Origin: Dubosiella newyorkensis
Lineage (GTDB): Bacteria; Bacillota_I; Bacilli_A; Erysipelotrichales; Erysipelotrichaceae
Length of the DNA stretch: 32,000 bases
Assembly (NCBI RefSeq): GCF_001945605.1
Contig: NZ_MPKA01000044.1
Coordinates: forward strand, 152,396 to 184,395
Reading direction: 5' to 3'
Shown: positions 14,876 to 23,970 of the stretch, piece after piece
Position numbering within the stretch: position 1 is the stretch's first letter
How the letters are laid out: each line of letters begins with the position of its first letter
Program-made: the position numbers and the translations under genes
Notes under the pieces: model-generated
Databases searched by the model: none
Told to the model about the DNA's origin: nothing
The model's input: only the letters and a program-made list of their open reading frames with translations

Positions 14876-16543
14876 TCAATCAATAAAGGTTTGCTTTTCA
14901 ACATCGTACAAACCCGTATCCATCAGGCGGATACTTGGGATTACTGGCAAGGAAAGAAAAGCGAGCGCGTTAAATGGATCGATCGTCTCACTCACACCCA
15001 TTTCGTGGGCTTCGTGCTCGAGCGAACTTGCTAAAGCCGCGACTTGGCTCGCTTTATCCATGCTCATGAGCCCTCCGATCGGAAGCGGCAAAATATGTTT
15101 CACTTCATGGTCTTTGACAAGGACATAGCCTCCATGGATGTCGGCTAAGGTTTTTGCCGCCAAGAGAATGTCTTTATCGTTGTCGCCAACGATGATCATA
15201 TTGTGAGAATCGTGACTGATCGTGGAGGCGAGCGCTCCATTTTTTAGACCATAGCCTTTAAGGATGCCGGCGCTGATGTTTCCATTTTTCCCGTGGCGTT
15301 CGACAACGACGAGCTTATTGTAGAGACCATCAGGTTCAAAATAAATCATGCCAGGTACTTCTTCTTGAAGGTGTTTTGTCAACAAGGAGTTTGGTACGAG
15401 CTCGATCACATCGTTTTTCTCTTTTTTCTTGATTTCGATCGACTCGCTCGTGATGGCTGGAATCGTGACAGTATCGAGCAGAGTGGATGGATCGATCGGC
15501 TTTAAGTGCTTTAAGGAAGCACGATGTCCATTTTTGATGACAGAATCGATCTCGACTGTTTCTGGATCGTTCAAGATCACTAGATCGGCTTGGTAGCCGG
15601 CCGCGATCGCGCCTTTCCGTTTCAGCTTATACATTTGGGCAGGATTGATCGTCGCCATTTTATAAGCGTCAAAAAGATTCACGCCACACTGGATCGCTTT
15701 TTTGATGCAGGCCGAAATATGGCCTTCTCTTAAAATATCGGCGATATGCTTATCATCGGTACAATACGCGCAGCGATCAAAAGGAATATGGTTCTTGACA
15801 AAGCCTTGGACGATCGGCTCAAGATCGTGGGCTTGGCTTCCATCTCTCAACAAGACAAAGAAACCGGCTCTTAGCTTAGCGAGAGCTTCTTCATACGCTG
15901 CGCTTTCATGGTCAGTGAGAACATCCGCGAAACGATAGGCTTCTAGCTTTTTTCCAGCGCAGCCTGGGGCATGGCCATCGATTGGCTTGTCTTTGAACAA
16001 TTCAAATTTTGCCATCATGCCAGGCTCTTCATAGATCACATCTTCAAGACGCATCGCTTCCCCTAGACCGAGCACATCCGGGTGCTTCGAATACGCTTCC
16101 ATATCTTGCAGCATGAAAGTGCCTGCCCCATTCGTGTCAAGCTCTGTGGCAGGAACCGAAGAGGGAAGCATCGTATAAATATCTAAGATCGTGTTGGCGT
16201 TGGCTTTGAGCATATATTCGAGCGCTTCTTTTCCCTTGACGTTGACGATCTCGTGCGGATCAGCCAAAATCGTCGTCGTTCCTTCTTGAAGGAGCGCTTT
16301 GGAGAGCTCTTCTGGAGCAAGCATCGAGGATTCGATGTGCATATGGGCGTCAATGAAGCCAGGCACGATATACTTTCCACTCAGATCGATCTCGATCTCA
16401 CCTTCGTATTGGCCGACGCCAACGATCGTTCCATACTGGATCGCGATGTCTTGCTCGAGCCACTCGTTGCTGAAGACATTCATGATTTTGGCGTTTTTTA
16501 ACACGATCTGCGAACGGATCGTGCCTAAAGAATATTCAAACAT
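14876..16543 (-). CDS. ade: Adenine deaminase
   Basis: 555 aa. 'IVPGFIDAHMHIESSML' metal-binding signature and overall length are typical of Ade/AdeC amidohydrolases. Strong RBS AAGGGGGA. Confidence 0.9.
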   Translation of the reverse strand: MFEYSLGTIRSQIVLKNAKIMNVFSNEWLEQDIAIQYGTIVGVGQYEGEIEIDLSGKYIVPGFIDAHMHIESSMLAPEELSKALLQEGTTTILADPHEIVNVKGKEALEYMLKANANTILDIYTMLPSSVPATELDTNGAGTFMLQDMEAYSKHPDVLGLGEAMRLEDVIYEEPGMMAKFELFKDKPIDGHAPGCAGKKLEAYRFADVLTDHESAAYEEALAKLRAGFFVLLRDGSQAHDLEPIVQGFVKNHIPFDRCAYCTDDKHIADILREGHISACIKKAIQCGVNLFDAYKMATINPAQMYKLKRKGAIAAGYQADLVILNDPETVEIDSVIKNGHRASLKHLKPIDPSTLLDTVTIPAITSESIEIKKKEKNDVIELVPNSLLTKHLQEEVPGMIYFEPDGLYNKLVVVERHGKNGNISAGILKGYGLKNGALASTISHDSHNMIIVGDNDKDILLAAKTLADIHGGYVLVKDHEVKHILPLPIGGLMSMDKASQVAALASSLEHEAHEMGVSETIDPFNALAFLSLPVIPSIRLMDTGLYDVEKQTFID

Positions 16544-16555
16544 AGTTGATCCCCC

Positions 16556-17656
16556 TTATGTGTTCTTTTTGATTTTTAAATGATTCAATACATCTATATA
16601 GAATGATACACCAGATGTCAATAAACTTTCATCAAAATTAAACGTATCGCTGTGGAGCGCTTCCTCCATGCCGCTTCCAATAAAACAGAAAAAACTAGGC
16701 GCATATTTCCCGTAGAAGGCAAAGTCTTCCGCGATCAGGACAGGCGCTTCTAGATTCGCGAACGGGATCTCTTTTTGGATATTTTCAAAGAGATTTTGAT
16801 CGTTGTAGAGAGGCGGATAATGCTGGTCGATCGAGAAGGCATAATGAATACCCATCCTTTCTTGAAGAATAGAGAGTTCTTTTTTGAGCAGGTCGACGAT
16901 TTGATCAAAAACATAAGGATCAAAATAGCGAATCGTCCCTTTTATGCTTGCGTGATTCGCCACGACGTTGAAGGCGGAGCCACTCTCTATGAGGCCATAA
17001 TGCAACAGATGATACACATCTTTTTCAAAAAGCTGTTCTTCTTGGGCTAATGTTTTGGTGATGAATTGGGCAGCCGCCTTTAAGGCGTTGATTCCTCTTT
17101 CTGGTTGAGCGGCGTGAGAAGCTTTTCCATAGATCTCGATATTGAGATCGCAGGCGCCCGCCATCATGACCCCTTTTTTCGAGACGATCTGTCCAGAAGG
17201 AAGATGGGGATAAATATGCAAGCCAAAGATCGCGTCGATCGAATATCGTTCGAATAATCCAGCATCGATCAGGAGCTGGGCGCCGCCGGGATCTTCTTCG
17301 CCTGGCTGAAAGATCAGCAAGATGTTGTAGGGCGCTTGTTCGAGCTGGTCGATGTGATCAGCGAAACCTAATAAAATGCTCATATGTCCATCATGACCGC
17401 ACGCGTGCATATTCGAGTTTTTAGATCGATAGGCGATTTCGTTTTGTTCAAGGATCGGAAGCGCGTCCATGTCAGAACGGAATGCGAGTGTCTGTTCTTG
17501 TCCGAAATCAAAATACGCGCAAATAGAATTGGGAATCAAAGATGTTAATTCGCATTTCATAGGCTCCAAGTGGTTTTTGATATAGGTGGCTGTTTGTGTT
17601 GTATCCAGTTTAAGCTCTGGAATCTGATGCAAGGCTCTTCGATAGCTTGAAAGCAT
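16556..17656 (-). CDS. M20-family amidohydrolase (N-acyl-L-amino-acid amidohydrolase / hippurate hydrolase-like)
   Basis: ORF track 16556..17764. Start placed at ATG 17656 (MLSSYRRALHQIPEL), preceded by AGAGAGG. 'MHACGHDGHMSILLG' is the M20D signature. The stop lies 12 nt before the ade start, so the two are probably co-transcribed. Confidence 0.85.
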   Translation of the reverse strand: MLSSYRRALHQIPELKLDTTQTATYIKNHLEPMKCELTSLIPNSICAYFDFGQEQTLAFRSDMDALPILEQNEIAYRSKNSNMHACGHDGHMSILLGFADHIDQLEQAPYNILLIFQPGEEDPGGAQLLIDAGLFERYSIDAIFGLHIYPHLPSGQIVSKKGVMMAGACDLNIEIYGKASHAAQPERGINALKAAAQFITKTLAQEEQLFEKDVYHLLHYGLIESGSAFNVVANHASIKGTIRYFDPYVFDQIVDLLKKELSILQERMGIHYAFSIDQHYPPLYNDQNLFENIQKEIPFANLEAPVLIAEDFAFYGKYAPSFFCFIGSGMEEALHSDTFNFDESLLTSGVSFYIDVLNHLKIKKNT

Positions 17657-17720
17657 TTGGACTACCTCTCTTTCGCAGTTCCATTGTATACTGTAAAAAG
17701 ACAATATGTGAGGAAAAGAT

Positions 17721-18470
17721 ATGGAAGTTGAACAGCTTTTAAATACAGTGATGCGAGTAGGCACGATGCTGATGTCTAGCGGGGCGGAAGTGTATCGGGT
17801 AGAGGATACGATGAACCGGATCGCAAAGAGTTTTCAAGAAGTGGAATCTGTGCAAAGCTATGTGACAGCAACAGGAATCATGCTTTCGATCAACGTCGAA
17901 GGCAAGACACGCACCCACATTGCCAGGGTGCGGAATCGAAACGTGAATGTCGATACGATCGATCAGATCAATCAGCTTTCGAGAACGTGTGTCCACCAGC
18001 ATTTGAGCACGGCGCGCATCGAAGAAGAGCTCGATCGGATCGCTAATCAAAAACGATATTCCTTTTTAACGACCACGCTTTTTGGGGCGCTTGGCGCTTT
18101 TGGGTTCGCGATCTTTTTTAAAGGGAATTGGCAGGAGATGCTCGCCTCTTTTGGTATCGGGATCATGATCCGATGCGCAGGCTGGTGTTTGACAAGCTTA
18201 AAAGTGAATGATTTCTTAAACAATTTGGTGTGCGCGATGGTGGCGGCCTGGATGTCGGTCGAGATCCACTCTTTCGTGCCGGAAGCGAATATCAATGTGA
18301 TGGTGATCTCGAGCATCATGCTTCTTGTTCCAGGACTTGCGATCACCAACGCGATCCGGGATACGATGTCGACCGATTATTTATCTGGACTTGCGCGGGG
18401 AGCGGAAGCTTTTTTATGCGCGACCGCGATCGCCATCGGGGCAGGCGTGATCTTGTATATCTGGAGGTAG
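17721..18470 (+). CDS. Threonine/serine exporter family protein, ThrE N-part (DUF1212)
   Basis: 'VGTMLMSSGAEVYRVEDTMNRI' is the typical DUF1212 start, followed by several TM helices. Confidence 0.85.
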   Translation: MEVEQLLNTVMRVGTMLMSSGAEVYRVEDTMNRIAKSFQEVESVQSYVTATGIMLSINVEGKTRTHIARVRNRNVNVDTIDQINQLSRTCVHQHLSTARIEEELDRIANQKRYSFLTTTLFGALGAFGFAIFFKGNWQEMLASFGIGIMIRCAGWCLTSLKVNDFLNNLVCAMVAAWMSVEIHSFVPEANINVMVISSIMLLVPGLAITNAIRDTMSTDYLSGLARGAEAFLCATAIAIGAGVILYIWR

Positions 18471-18473
18471 GCG

Positions 18474-18926
18474 ATGCATCAAATTTTAACAGCGGCACTC
18501 GGCTCTTTTTTAGCCAGTCTAGGGTTTGGCGTGTTATTCAATATTCGGCAAAAGAGCAAGCTGTTCGTGGCTGGCTTGATTGGAGGGGTTGGAGGATTTG
18601 TCTATGAGCTGCTTTTGGTGCTTCATGCTTCGGATCTGGCGGCGAATTTTATGGCGGCGATCGTTTTTACGGTTTTTGCGGAAATAAGCGCGCGGAAGAT
18701 GAAAACACCCGTCACTTCCTTTATCGTGTGCGCTTTGATTCCTCTTGTTCCTGGGGGGACGATGTACGATATGATGATCGAGATCATTACGAACGACCCT
18801 TATGAGGCGCTTGTTTTGTTTTTGAAGACATTGACGGTGGCGGGCGTCTTAGCGCTAGGGATCTTGATCGTTGAAACGATCACATCGTTATATTATAGAT
18901 TGAAAAGAAAGTGGAGGCGGGGATGA
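18474..18926 (+). CDS. Threonine/serine exporter family protein, ThrE C-part (DUF3815)
   Basis: 150-aa polytopic protein immediately after the DUF1212 partner, with a GGAGG RBS. This is the usual split-gene arrangement. Confidence 0.8.
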   Translation: MHQILTAALGSFLASLGFGVLFNIRQKSKLFVAGLIGGVGGFVYELLLVLHASDLAANFMAAIVFTVFAEISARKMKTPVTSFIVCALIPLVPGGTMYDMMIEIITNDPYEALVLFLKTLTVAGVLALGILIVETITSLYYRLKRKWRRG

Positions 18927-19198
18927 AAAAGATCACACGAGCGGAATTGATCGAAAGAAGCAATAAGTCGCATCCATATCCAGTAGGGGACGAGGCGCTT
19001 CAATCGTATTATCACTTTTTTGAACAGTATTCTTCTATTCACGAGGTGCGGGTTTTAGTGACGTTGATGAAACTCAATGAAGTAGATTTTGAGGGGCATC
19101 GCCTCGTGATTTTTGATACATCAAAACTTCAAAGAGCGTATCAGGAAATGGGGGAAGTGATTCCGGAAGAGTTTGCCAAATTTTTGTTTGAGCAATAA
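18923..19198 (+). CDS. Hypothetical cytoplasmic protein, translationally coupled to the exporter genes
   Basis: ORF track 18911..19198. Start placed at ATG 18923 (GGAGGCGGGG upstream), giving an ATGA overlap with the upstream stop. No family recognised. Confidence 0.55.
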   Translation: MKKITRAELIERSNKSHPYPVGDEALQSYYHFFEQYSSIHEVRVLVTLMKLNEVDFEGHRLVIFDTSKLQRAYQEMGEVIPEEFAKFLFEQ

Positions 19199-19309
19199 AT
19201 TTGGCTTGGTTTGTCCTTTTTCCGTCTTGTTTAGACAAACTATTGCATGTCCTCTTGATTTAGAACATTATGATGGTGAGTAGAGAGAATTAGATAAGAA
19301 GGTGTATAT

Positions 19310-19582
19310 ATGGAATCTACAAATCTGTCTTCGGAAGGAAGATTGCAGCTTGCTAAAATGATGCTCGAAATCGAACACAACGAATTGCCACGTTCGTATG
19401 ACGTGAATAGCGCGGTTGGCTATTATTTTGATCATCTTCGTCCACTCGTGAAAATGTTGGGAAAAGAGAGCGAGATCGATCTCGATGTGGCGATGGATCA
19501 ACTTCGAAACGGTAAAATCGAAAGCGACGCATTGCTTCGTTCTCAAACGCTGCTTCAAAAAGCGATGGAGCTTAGTGCTTAA
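19310..19582 (+). CDS. Hypothetical protein
   Basis: 90-aa ORF with an AAGAAGG RBS, followed directly by a strong hairpin terminator. No family recognised. Confidence 0.55.
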   Translation: MESTNLSSEGRLQLAKMMLEIEHNELPRSYDVNSAVGYYFDHLRPLVKMLGKESEIDLDVAMDQLRNGKIESDALLRSQTLLQKAMELSA

Positions 19583-19608
19583 AAAAGAGGGCTTTCCACC
19601 CTCTTTTT
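19581..19608. terminator. Bidirectional intrinsic terminator between convergent genes
   Basis: AAAAAGAGGG (19582-19591) / CCCTCTTTTT (19599-19608), 7-nt loop. It overlaps the tyrA stop codon. Confidence 0.7.
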
Positions 19609-20443
19609 ATTGGTCAAATTTTTTTCGCCGGTCCGTTGACTGGATAAATTCCTTCTTCATTCCATCAATGTCTTCGTTTTGAAGCAAAGTTCGAAAGTTT
19701 TGGATCGAAGCCATAAATTGATCGATCTCATCAAGCAAGATCTCTTTATTCAAAACAAAGAGTTCGCTCCACATATCTTCGTTGATCTTAGCGATCCGCG
19801 TCAAATCGCGGAAACTATCTCCTGTATATTCCACAAGGTGCGCGTTTTCATGCGTGTTCATGAGCGATACAGCGATCACGTGAGTCAGCTGGGATAAAAA
19901 TCCGATCATCCGATCATGTTCCTCTACGCTGAGGACACCGATGTTTTTACATCCAAGCTCTTTCGCGAACGCGCTGATCGCCACGACCGCTTTTGTGGAA
20001 TTGTTTTCTAGCGGAATGATAATAAAGTTGGCGTTTTCGAAGATCTTAGGATCCGCGAAACGGATCCCTCTCGATTCTCGGCCACACATGGGATGGATCG
20101 ATAAAAGCTCGAGATCAGGACGAAGAATATTTTGGAGCTCTTTCGAGATGTTTGACTTGACGCCGCTGATCTCCAACAATAAAGTTCCGGGTTTCAATTC
20201 CTTCTGGTTTTGTTCGATCCAGCTTTTGAGCTGCTTTGGATAGAGTGCAAGAAGAACCATATCGCATTTCCACAACGATCCATCCCCCTTTGTATCTCCT
20301 TCATCGATCATGTCGTGATCCAATGCGTATTCGATCGTTTCATGGTCGATATCGATCCCATAGACAATGTAGCCAAGCTGTTTGCAGCGCATCGCAAAAC
20401 TAGCGCCCATGACACCTAGGCCGACGATCCCGATCGTCTTCAT
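19607..20443 (-). CDS. tyrA: Prephenate dehydrogenase
   Basis: 'MKTIGIVGLGVMGASFA' Rossmann motif, size, and position at the end of the aro operon. Confidence 0.85.
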   Translation of the reverse strand: MKTIGIVGLGVMGASFAMRCKQLGYIVYGIDIDHETIEYALDHDMIDEGDTKGDGSLWKCDMVLLALYPKQLKSWIEQNQKELKPGTLLLEISGVKSNISKELQNILRPDLELLSIHPMCGRESRGIRFADPKIFENANFIIIPLENNSTKAVVAISAFAKELGCKNIGVLSVEEHDRMIGFLSQLTHVIAVSLMNTHENAHLVEYTGDSFRDLTRIAKINEDMWSELFVLNKEILLDEIDQFMASIQNFRTLLQNEDIDGMKKEFIQSTDRRKKFDQ

Positions 20444-21708
20444 ACAAGTTCCACCTTTCCTTTCAGTCGCTTGATATCTTCAAAAAATGTTGGGTATGAT
20501 TTTTCGATCGCTTCAGCTCCCGAGATACAGGAAGGCGATAAAGCCAACAAGCCAAAGATCGTGCAAGCCATCACGATTCGATGATCATTATGACCTTCCA
20601 TAGTTATGATTTCTTCTTTTTTATAGTTTCTTTTCCCGTTGATCGTGATCGTATCCTCATCGCTTTGGATATCGACACCCCATTTTTTTAATTCATCTTC
20701 CATCGCCTGGATCCGGTCGGATTCTTTGATACGGAGCCGTCCGGCATGGATTATCTTGGTCTGCCCAGGACAATAAGCGGCCAATACACATAAGATAGGG
20801 CCTAAATCAGGACAATCGGCTAGATCGATCACTTGTTCATGAAGCTGGCTAGGCTTGATCGTTAATGTTCGTTCCTTCCACTCGATCGAGGCGCCCGCTT
20901 TTTCTAGGATCTTTAAGATCGTTTTATCGCCTTGCTTGGAATCGGGATCGAGTTCGATAAAGGATAATGGCGCCTTCAAAGCGGCATAGACCGCAAAAAA
21001 CGCGAGCTGCGAGTAATCTTTTTCTACGTGATACGTTGTTGGCGCATATGTTTGATGGCCTTCAATCGCATAGCCATTCTCGATCGGTGTGATTTTTATG
21101 TTCGCCTTTTCAAGAGTATCGAGCGTCAAATCGATATAGCTCTTGGATTCTAGCTTTCCTTGAATATGAAGCGTGCTCTCTTTTTCCATCAAAGGAAGAG
21201 CGAACAAGAGCCCCGAAATAAATTGGCTGGATACGTTTCCAGGAAGCGTAAAGTTTCCTGACTGGAGGGGGCCTTGCGCTTTGATCGCTTCGTTTGTTTG
21301 GCTATACCACAATCCTTGGGCTTCGAACAAGTCTTGATAAATCTTCATCGGACGTTCCATCAAACGACCTTTTCCATAGAAGGTGATCGTCTCCTTGCTC
21401 AAACAAGCGACAGGTAAAAGAAAACGCAAGGTGGAGCCAGATTCATTGCAATGTAATTGGGCAGGTCGATTCAAGCTTCTAGGATCGCATCCAACCACAT
21501 GCCATGTCTCTTTTTCTTTTTTAAAGGAAGCGCCCAGCGCTTCTAAGCACTGGATCGTCGCTTCCATATCTTTGGAATGGCCAAGGCCTAAAATCGTGCT
21601 GCTTCCTTGCGTGAGCCCGGCGCAGATCAAAGCTCTATGCCCCATCGATTTCGAAGGAGGAACACAAAGCGCGCCTTCTAATCGGCTAGGTTGGATATGG
21701 ATCTTCAT
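20440..21708 (-). CDS. aroA: 3-phosphoshikimate 1-carboxyvinyltransferase (EPSP synthase)
   Basis: 422 aa. 'VPPSKSMGHRALICAGL' N-terminal signature and 'RIKESDRI' motif. 4-nt overlaps with both neighbours. Confidence 0.9.
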   Translation of the reverse strand: MKIHIQPSRLEGALCVPPSKSMGHRALICAGLTQGSSTILGLGHSKDMEATIQCLEALGASFKKEKETWHVVGCDPRSLNRPAQLHCNESGSTLRFLLPVACLSKETITFYGKGRLMERPMKIYQDLFEAQGLWYSQTNEAIKAQGPLQSGNFTLPGNVSSQFISGLLFALPLMEKESTLHIQGKLESKSYIDLTLDTLEKANIKITPIENGYAIEGHQTYAPTTYHVEKDYSQLAFFAVYAALKAPLSFIELDPDSKQGDKTILKILEKAGASIEWKERTLTIKPSQLHEQVIDLADCPDLGPILCVLAAYCPGQTKIIHAGRLRIKESDRIQAMEDELKKWGVDIQSDEDTITINGKRNYKKEEIITMEGHNDHRIVMACTIFGLLALSPSCISGAEAIEKSYPTFFEDIKRLKGKVELV

Positions 21709-22817
21709 AGGGTTTCCTCTTCAAATTCTTCTTTGGCCGCCTTTGACATCCAAGCATCCAAAAGCGTGAAGGCGATCATAGAATCGACAACGATCCGCGC
21801 GCGATGGGCGATACATGGGTCGTGACGTCCCTCGATCGTGAGTTCGATGTTTTCTTTCGTGTCGTATTCGACAGATTTTTGCGCTTTGAAGATCGAAGCT
21901 GTCGGCTTGATCACGGTATGGATCAAGATCGGCATTCCATTCGAAATGCCGCCATTGATGCCCGCATTGTTGTTGGAAGTCGTCTCGATCCTTCCATCGT
22001 GCGCATACAAGGCGTCATTGGCTTCGCTTCCTTTTTTGGCGGCAAAATCAAAGCCTAGGCCAAAGCTGACGCCTTTGACTGCCGGAATGGAAAAGAGCGC
22101 GTGCGCGAGCAAGCTTTCTAAGCTGTCAAAGAAAGGTTCTCCGATTCCTGCTGGAAAGTGAGTGATCGCGCTTTCTAAGATACCGCCTACGGAATCTTTT
22201 TCGAGGGCGGCTTGCTCGATCGCGGTTTTCATTTCTTCGCCTTTTTTTTCATTGAGTGTTGGAAATTGCTTTTCGTTGAGAAGATCGATTTGTTGATCGA
22301 GTTCTTCTGCTTTTGTTGAAAAAGCATCGTCCTCAAGAGTATAAAGGGCTTCAAGATGGGTCGCGATCTTGACGCCTTTTTGATTCAGGATCTGTTTGCA
22401 GATCGAACCAGCCGCGACGATGGGCGCGGTGAGCCGGCCAGAAAAATGACCGCCTCCTCGATAGTCTTGGTAGCCATGGTATTTTTCAAAGGCGCTCCAA
22501 TCGGCATGGGAAGGACGTAGACGATATTTCAAAGGCGCGTAGTCTTTTGAGCGCTGCGCCTTGTTTTCGATAAGGATCGTCAAAGGAGAACCGGTCGTAT
22601 AGCCGTTGAAGAAGCCAGAGACGATATGGATCGTGTCTTCTTCATGGCGTTGGGTGCCGGTTTTTCCTTTAGGCTTTCTAAGTTCCATGTCGTGTTCGAT
22701 TTGCTTTTCGTCGATTGAAAAGCCGGCTGGCAATCCATCGAGCACGATCCCGATACAAGGTCCGTGGCTTTCGCCGAATACAGTGATTTGCAAGTTCGTT
22801 CCAAAGCTATTTTTCAT
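21705..22817 (-). CDS. aroC: Chorismate synthase
   Basis: 'FGTNLQITVFGESHGPCIGIVLDGLPAG' and 'RPSHADW', 'GGGHFSGR' signatures. Confidence 0.9.
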   Translation of the reverse strand: MKNSFGTNLQITVFGESHGPCIGIVLDGLPAGFSIDEKQIEHDMELRKPKGKTGTQRHEEDTIHIVSGFFNGYTTGSPLTILIENKAQRSKDYAPLKYRLRPSHADWSAFEKYHGYQDYRGGGHFSGRLTAPIVAAGSICKQILNQKGVKIATHLEALYTLEDDAFSTKAEELDQQIDLLNEKQFPTLNEKKGEEMKTAIEQAALEKDSVGGILESAITHFPAGIGEPFFDSLESLLAHALFSIPAVKGVSFGLGFDFAAKKGSEANDALYAHDGRIETTSNNNAGINGGISNGMPILIHTVIKPTASIFKAQKSVEYDTKENIELTIEGRHDPCIAHRARIVVDSMIAFTLLDAWMSKAAKEEFEEETL

Positions 22818-23820
22818 GAATGCCTCCTTGAAGGATCTGTCTGATTTCTGGATAGGTGATCGTTTTCATTTGCCATGAGCCTGCTTTAGGGACCTCGATG
22901 ATGTTGATCGTTTCGCTTTTTCCTTTTTTATCGTGCTTGACGTAGCTTAGGATCTCTTCGGGATCGTAGTCGGGAATGGATGGGATATTCAGCTTTTCCA
23001 AGATCGCTTCCACCCGATGCTTAAGGGCGGGGTCGTTCAGAAAAAAGAGCATGCCCATGCCAATGCACTCGCCATGATAATAAGGAACATCGAAATATCG
23101 GCTTTCGAGGGCGTGGCCGATCGTATGTCCGAAATTCAAGATCGCTCTTTTTCCTTGTTCTTTTTCATCGTCTTGTACGATTTGACGTTTGAGGTCGATC
23201 GAAGCAGCGATGATCGTATCTAGATCGAGCGTGTCTTTTTCAAATTCTTGCACGAGTCTTTCATCAAGGATCAAGCCCATTTTTAAGGCTTCGACTAGAC
23301 CATTGGAAATTTGACGTGGATCGAGCGTTGTCAGTGTTTCAGGGTCGATGATCACAGCTTTTGGCTGGTAAAAGGCGCCGATAATATTTTTATAGGTGTC
23401 GAAATCGACCGCGACTTTGCCGCCAACGCTAGAATCCACTTGGGATAGAACGGTCGTAGGGATGTTGTAGAAATCAATGCCTCGCATATAGGTGCTGGCG
23501 ACAAATCCGCCAAGATCGCCGACGACTCCGCCCCCTAAAGCGATCAAAGCATCGCTTCTTGACATATGGTGTTCGATGAGTTTTTTCATGACTGTTTGAT
23601 ACGTTTCGAGATTTTTGTTGGCTTCACCATGGGGAAAGCAGATCACAAAAGCGTTAGGAAGCTGCGCCTGCAGCTTGTCGACCCATTTTTTTGGGAGGCC
23701 ATCGTCGGTGACGATCGCGTATTTTCGGTTTGGATCGAGGTAGTTTTTGATTCGATCGAGAGCGTGATGCTCTATATATATAGGGTAGCTGTGTTCTTCC
23801 AGCTGGACTTGAAGTTGCAT
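22807..23820 (-). CDS. aroB: 3-dehydroquinate synthase
   Basis: 'ALGGGVVGDLGGFVASTYMRGI' nucleotide-binding motif and 'NFGHTIGHALE' metal site. Confidence 0.9.
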   Translation of the reverse strand: MQLQVQLEEHSYPIYIEHHALDRIKNYLDPNRKYAIVTDDGLPKKWVDKLQAQLPNAFVICFPHGEANKNLETYQTVMKKLIEHHMSRSDALIALGGGVVGDLGGFVASTYMRGIDFYNIPTTVLSQVDSSVGGKVAVDFDTYKNIIGAFYQPKAVIIDPETLTTLDPRQISNGLVEALKMGLILDERLVQEFEKDTLDLDTIIAASIDLKRQIVQDDEKEQGKRAILNFGHTIGHALESRYFDVPYYHGECIGMGMLFFLNDPALKHRVEAILEKLNIPSIPDYDPEEILSYVKHDKKGKSETINIIEVPKAGSWQMKTITYPEIRQILQGGIHEK

Positions 23821-23887
23821 ATTTTCACCTCAATTTCCATGATACCATAAGAATGAAACACATTTCAGAAAATTGGTGAAAAGAATC

Positions 23888-23915
23888 AAGAGAATTGTTT
23901 TCTCTTTTTTTTTTT
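23888..23915 (+). terminator. Terminator-like hairpin plus a long T-run inside the aroB/pheA divergent intergenic region
   Basis: AAGAGAA (23888-23894) / TTCTCTT (23900-23906), loop TTGTT, then T9. The stem is AU-rich and weak. No plus-strand gene lies upstream. Confidence 0.3.
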
Positions 23916-23970
23916 ATTTATTTAATAAAAAAGCATGACAAAAAGTGTTATGATAACTCAGAGGTGGATT

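Noticed and set aside
17683-17705. ATTGT...ACAAT inverted repeat containing the GTATAC palindrome in the M20/thrE divergent promoter region, as a possible GntR/FadR operator.
   Set aside because: It loosely fits the GT-Nx-AC pattern but is short, AT-rich and a single occurrence. That is not enough evidence without comparative or binding data.
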